Assembly: GCA_963675595.2 (NCBI GenBank)
Contig: CAXXLZ010000001.1
Location: 1,088,001 to 1,152,000, forward strand
Length of the DNA stretch: 64,000 bases
Direction of reading: 5' to 3'
DNA from: Thermodesulfobacteriota bacterium
Lineage (GTDB): Bacteria; Desulfobacterota; Desulfarculia; JACQYL01
The notes under the pieces are model-generated. The model was given only the letters and a program-made list of their open reading frames with translations. It was not told where the DNA came from and ran no database searches. The translations under genes were made by a program, and so were the position numbers. Positions 61,162 through 64,000 of this stretch are shown here, piece after piece. Each line of letters starts with the position of its first letter. Position 1 is the first letter of the stretch.

Positions 61162-63552
61162 ATGCCCAAGTCGTTGGTTATCGTTGAGTCACCCACCAAG
61201 GCGGCCACCATCAAGAAATATCTGGGTCCCGAGTTCGAGGTGAAGGCATCGGTGGGACATATTATGGACTTGCCGGGCAGCAAGCTCGGCGTGGACGTCG
61301 GTGGGGACTTCACTCCCCAATATCAAGTGATACCGGGAAAAGAAAAAGTCATCAGCGAACTGAAGAAAGCCGCTAAAAACGCGAAGGCCGTCTACCTTGC
61401 GCCTGACCCTGATCGCGAAGGAGAGGCCATCGCATGGCACATTGCCGACACCTTGGGAAAGAAAGAGGGCATGTACCGGGTCTTGTTTCACGAGCTGACC
61501 CAACGAGGGATCAGCCAGGCCATGGAATCGCCCGGAATCCTGGATCGAAACAAATATGAATCTCAGGTGGCTCGGCGCGTTCTGGACAGACTGGTCGGGT
61601 ACCATCTGAGTCCTTTGCTTTGGAAGAAGCTGCGCTACGGTTTGAGCGCCGGCCGTGTCCAGTCCGTGGCCTTACGTTTGATTGTCGACAGGGAACGGGA
61701 AATTCAGGCCTTCATTCCCGAAGAATACTGGTCCATCACCGCCCACCTCGATGGCCCGACTCCGCCGACGGTGGAAGCGCGCCTGGTGCGTCACAAAAAC
61801 AATTCCCTGAAGATTGAGAATGAGGAACAGTCGGACGCCGTGTTGGCCGACCTCAAAGGCTGTGAGTATCGGGTTCATGCCATCACAAAAAAGAAGCAAA
61901 ACAGGAAACCGGTGGCCCCGTTCACCACAAGCACGCTTCAGCAGGAAGCGGTCCGGAAGCTGCGCTTCAGCACCAAGAAAACCAATATGCTTGCCCAAAG
62001 ACTCTATGAAGGGGTCGAATTGGGTAACGAGGGACAAATCGGTCTGGTGACCTACATCAGGACGGATTCGACCAGACTTTCGCCCGAAGCTCAGGCCGAG
62101 GCCAGGACATTCATTGAAGGGCAGTACGGCAAAGACTACGTGCCCAACAAACCGCCGGTATACAAGAATCGAAAACACACCCAGGATGCCCATGAGGCCA
62201 TTCGTCCCACGGATCCCATGCGAACGCCCGACATGGTCAAAGCGCATCTTGACGAGGACCTGTTCAAGCTCTACGAATTGATCTGGAAGCGTTTTGTGGC
62301 CAGTCAGATGAAGCCGGCCGTAATCGATTTGACTTCCGTGGACATTGCGGCGGGTGACTACGTCTTTCGCGCCGGCGGGTCCGTGGTTCGCTTTCCCGGT
62401 TACATGGCGGTGTACACGGAAGGCCGGGATGAAGTCTCCGAAGACGACGACAACCGCAGACTTCCCGCCCTGGAAGAAGGAGAGGTGCTGAATCTGCAGA
62501 AGATCGTGCCCCTTCAACACTTTACCAAGGCTCCGCCGCGATACGGCGAAGCCTCTTTGGTCAAAGAGCTGGAGGAGAAGGGAATCGGTCGGCCCAGCAC
62601 ATACGCTGCGATTCTTTCCAACATTCAGGAAAGAAATTATGTCGAAAGGCAGAAGGCACAATTCAGACCGACGGAATTGGGCTATCTGACCAACGATTTG
62701 TTGGTGGACAGCTTCCCGGACATCATGAACGTTCGCTTCACCGCCCGGATGGAAGACCAACTAGATCAGGTGGAAGAGGGCAAGGTGAAGTGGAACGAAC
62801 TCCTTCAAGCCTTTTACGAGCCCTTTGAGAAGGATCTGGAGGCCGCGGAAAAGAAGAAGAAACGAGGCGCTCCTTCGGGCGTGATCTGCGAACTCTGCGG
62901 TAAGGAAATGGAAATCAAGATAGGCAAGGCCGGTTCCTTTCTTGCCTGTCCAGGATACCCGGACTGCAGGAATACCAAGAACTTCAGCCGTGATGAAAAG
63001 GGACAGGTGGTTGTCGTCGAAGAGGAAGAAGTGCAGGCCGAGGAGAAGTGTCCCGAGTGCGGCAGCGACATGGTGGTAAAAAGGGGACGCTACGGGGCGT
63101 TTCTTGCCTGCAGCAAATATCCTGAATGCAAAACCACCCTTCCATTAAACAAAGACGGCAAAGCCGCCAAGGAGCCGCCTGAGGAAACGGACGAAGTTTG
63201 CGATCGATGCGGCGCTCCCATGGTGATCAAGACGAGCAGGTTCGGAAGTCGTTTTCTTGCATGCTCGGCCTATCCGAAGTGTAAGAACACCAAACCCATA
63301 GGTTTGGGACTTCCGTGTCCGGTAGAAGGTTGCGACGGTGAGCTAAGCGAACGAAGATCCCGTAAAGGGCTCTTCTACGGGTGCACAAAATACCCTGAAT
63401 GCAAGTTCGCCACTTGGAGCAAGCCGGTTGCCGAGCGGTGCCCTGAATGCAACTCGCCGATTCTTATTGAGAAATTTTCCAAGAAGAAAGGCCCCTATCT
63501 GGCCTGTCCCAGAAAAGAGTGTGGTTATACCAGGACGTTGCCCCAAGAGTGA
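61162..63552 (+). CDS. topA: DNA topoisomerase I
   Basis: LVIVESP, DPDREGEAIAWH, SAGRVQS, TYIRTDS, C-terminal Zn ribbons. Confidence 0.96.
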   Translation: MPKSLVIVESPTKAATIKKYLGPEFEVKASVGHIMDLPGSKLGVDVGGDFTPQYQVIPGKEKVISELKKAAKNAKAVYLAPDPDREGEAIAWHIADTLGKKEGMYRVLFHELTQRGISQAMESPGILDRNKYESQVARRVLDRLVGYHLSPLLWKKLRYGLSAGRVQSVALRLIVDREREIQAFIPEEYWSITAHLDGPTPPTVEARLVRHKNNSLKIENEEQSDAVLADLKGCEYRVHAITKKKQNRKPVAPFTTSTLQQEAVRKLRFSTKKTNMLAQRLYEGVELGNEGQIGLVTYIRTDSTRLSPEAQAEARTFIEGQYGKDYVPNKPPVYKNRKHTQDAHEAIRPTDPMRTPDMVKAHLDEDLFKLYELIWKRFVASQMKPAVIDLTSVDIAAGDYVFRAGGSVVRFPGYMAVYTEGRDEVSEDDDNRRLPALEEGEVLNLQKIVPLQHFTKAPPRYGEASLVKELEEKGIGRPSTYAAILSNIQERNYVERQKAQFRPTELGYLTNDLLVDSFPDIMNVRFTARMEDQLDQVEEGKVKWNELLQAFYEPFEKDLEAAEKKKKRGAPSGVICELCGKEMEIKIGKAGSFLACPGYPDCRNTKNFSRDEKGQVVVVEEEEVQAEEKCPECGSDMVVKRGRYGAFLACSKYPECKTTLPLNKDGKAAKEPPEETDEVCDRCGAPMVIKTSRFGSRFLACSAYPKCKNTKPIGLGLPCPVEGCDGELSERRSRKGLFYGCTKYPECKFATWSKPVAERCPECNSPILIEKFSKKKGPYLACPRKECGYTRTLPQE

Positions 63553-63892
63553 TGGATATGGGGGCGCTTCGAAGGGTAGAGCCCGGCCGGGTGTTTTTCC
63601 TCGGCGGTCCGGAATTTTGAGGACTCGTCCGCATGCCGTCGGGTGACTTCACGGGACCCGGCCTCGGCTTCTCCTTGTTGTGGCAACGGGCCTTTCGCAG
63701 CGGGCCGTAGGGAAGGGGAGTCCCATCGCGGTTCGCCTGGACGAGTGAAGGGGCCCAAACCCACTGTGACTTGTAGGGTGCTCCACCCCGTTCAGGCGCC
63801 GGAACGCCTTCCCGATCGTGAGGTACCCGCCGCCCCCAGCCTCGCCTCGAACCATTGAGAAACTAAACGAAAATGAACAAACGAGTTTTTGG

Positions 63893-64000
63893 ATGAAGTC
63901 CCAAACGGTCACTGTCATCGGAGGAGGATTGGCGGGCTCGGAGGCGGCGTGGCAGGCTGCGGAAATGGGCGTCCCCGTCAGACTCTTCGAGATGAAACCC
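63893..64000 (+). CDS. trmFO: tRNA (uracil-5)-methyltransferase TrmFO, 5' part (runs off window; absent from ORF track)
   Basis: [36 protein letters not shown]; conserved dprA-topA-trmFO order. Confidence 0.88.
   Translation, partial: MKSQTVTVIGGGLAGSEAAWQAAEMGVPVRLFEMKP

Overview
Chromosomal window from a GC-rich anaerobic Desulfobacterota-like (deltaproteobacterial) bacterium; the taxon is inferred from gene content. The left part (1-19 kb) is accessory. It holds the 3' part of a class II benzoyl-CoA reductase bamB plus bamC, a PAS-sigma54 activator, a STAND-type cyclase, a beta-propeller protein and a porin. Two divergent sigma54 promoters flank a repeated GTAAC/GTTAAC enhancer-like motif, followed by a complete IS3/IS407-group element. 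The most notable feature is an octaheme tetrathionate-reductase(OTR)-like cytochrome c gene (13594-15027) that the ORF track splits in two. Its single in-frame TGA sits where OTR has its active-site Cys and is followed by a SECIS-like hairpin, so it is very likely a selenocysteine multiheme enzyme. It is followed by a cNMP/rhodanese fusion, a MauE/DoxX protein and a tiny coupled ORF. The middle has hldE, an acn-gltA-sdhAB-transporter-fumC operon with no sdhC, a bactofilin/M23 pair, and a CHAT-protease STAND-TPR protein with 120-bp repeats plus a small EACC1-like partner (candidate defence module). The right part is housekeeping: trmB, SDR, AI-2E transporter, HD hydrolase, a complete IS1380-family element, cobB, tolQRAB-pal-cpoB, queA-tgt-yajC-secDF and dprA-topA-trmFO. 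No rRNA, tRNA or CRISPR array was recognised. All family assignments come from motif recognition by eye, not database searches.
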